From NCBI GenBank assembly GCA_029953675.1, contig JAMWBK010000001.1, positions 2,852,001 to 2,916,000 of the forward strand: a DNA stretch of 64,000 nt, read 5' to 3'. Every line of letters starts with the position of its first letter. Within the stretch, counting starts at the first letter, position 1. The stretch comes from Rhodosorus marinus CCMP1338 (lineage: Eukaryota; Plantae; Rhodophyta). The notes below the pieces were generated by a model. It was not told the origin of the DNA. It saw only the letters and a program-made list of their open reading frames with translations, and did no database searches. Positions 63,551 through 64,000 of this stretch are shown here, in pieces. The translations under genes and the position numbers were made by a program.

Positions 63551-63629
63551 GCGCCTGTGGGGATCGAGCCCTAGCTTTGCGCGGTACTGACGCCGCATCG
63601 GGCTGTGCACCACCTCTACCATACAGTGC
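63551..63629 (-). pseudogene. Decayed tRNA-like sequence
   Basis: 79 nt on the minus strand with A-box-like TGGTAGAGGTGG and B-box-like GGGCTCGATCCC, followed directly by TTTTT. Stems are imperfect and no anticodon could be assigned. Confidence 0.3.
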
Positions 63630-64000
63630 CGTCCTCCTTCAAATCCAAACTGGAATCGACACACCGACGCACATCTGCGGGAGTGCGAAACACACCTATC
63701 GCCGGCGAGAGGTCAGTTCAACCTCGCCAGTGGAAGCAGTGCCCAGTTCGCCCAGCACGAATTCCAGACGAATAAGGTTGATGGTCCGATATTATTTCCG
63801 TCGCCTAGTTTTTGGATGAGACCCCTGGACAAGGGGTCTGGGTATCTTTAGAGCTTACCAGGACTATCAGCGGTGCGTTGCAGAGGTATCTGCCGAAATA
63901 AAGCCTATGGACGTGAATTATTCCGACATGTCCGCTAGTAAATCCTTCGCCGCGACTTAGACGATAGGCTAGCATCGAGCAAAACAATAAACTTTGTTTA

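Overview
Eukaryotic nuclear DNA, compact and gene-dense, with GC-rich exons, mostly 70-160 bp GT-AG introns and AT-rich spacers with long homopolymer runs. Plastid-targeted genes (KEA/KefC antiporter, PsbP-domain protein, CYP38/TLP40, an RRM protein) with short (A/G)FV-type transit peptides suggest a photosynthetic alga, most likely a red alga (inference; the species cannot be determined here). Well-supported genes are two tandem single-RRM proteins, UBA1, a head-to-head ARF1/ARF-like pair, CGR1/CCDC86, RPS7, a GBP2-like two-RRM protein, a KEA3-like antiporter, CDT1, class II FBA, a PsbP-domain protein, CYP38, a bromodomain protein, an ABHD13-like hydrolase and a C2H2 zinc-finger protein. Mobile DNA includes a 1.9 kb deleted and internally inverted Ty3/gypsy chromovirus-like LTR element (5-bp TSD GATTA) nested in a TIR element, a 5'-truncated CRE-clade non-LTR element with an open nuclease ORF, a 1 kb foldback element and a small complex MITE-like repeat. 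The most interesting leads are (i) a Tf1-like self-priming geometry in the LTR element, (ii) the stop-free CCHC/restriction-like endonuclease ORF, (iii) a seven-copy palindromic CCAAT array at 32-bp phasing, (iv) an unexplained GC-rich pseudoknot plus hairpin element at 17.15-17.24 kb, and (v) sense-strand G-quadruplex motifs upstream of many genes. All alignments, splice models and folds were done by eye, with no database searches. No rRNA, intact tRNA or CRISPR array was seen.
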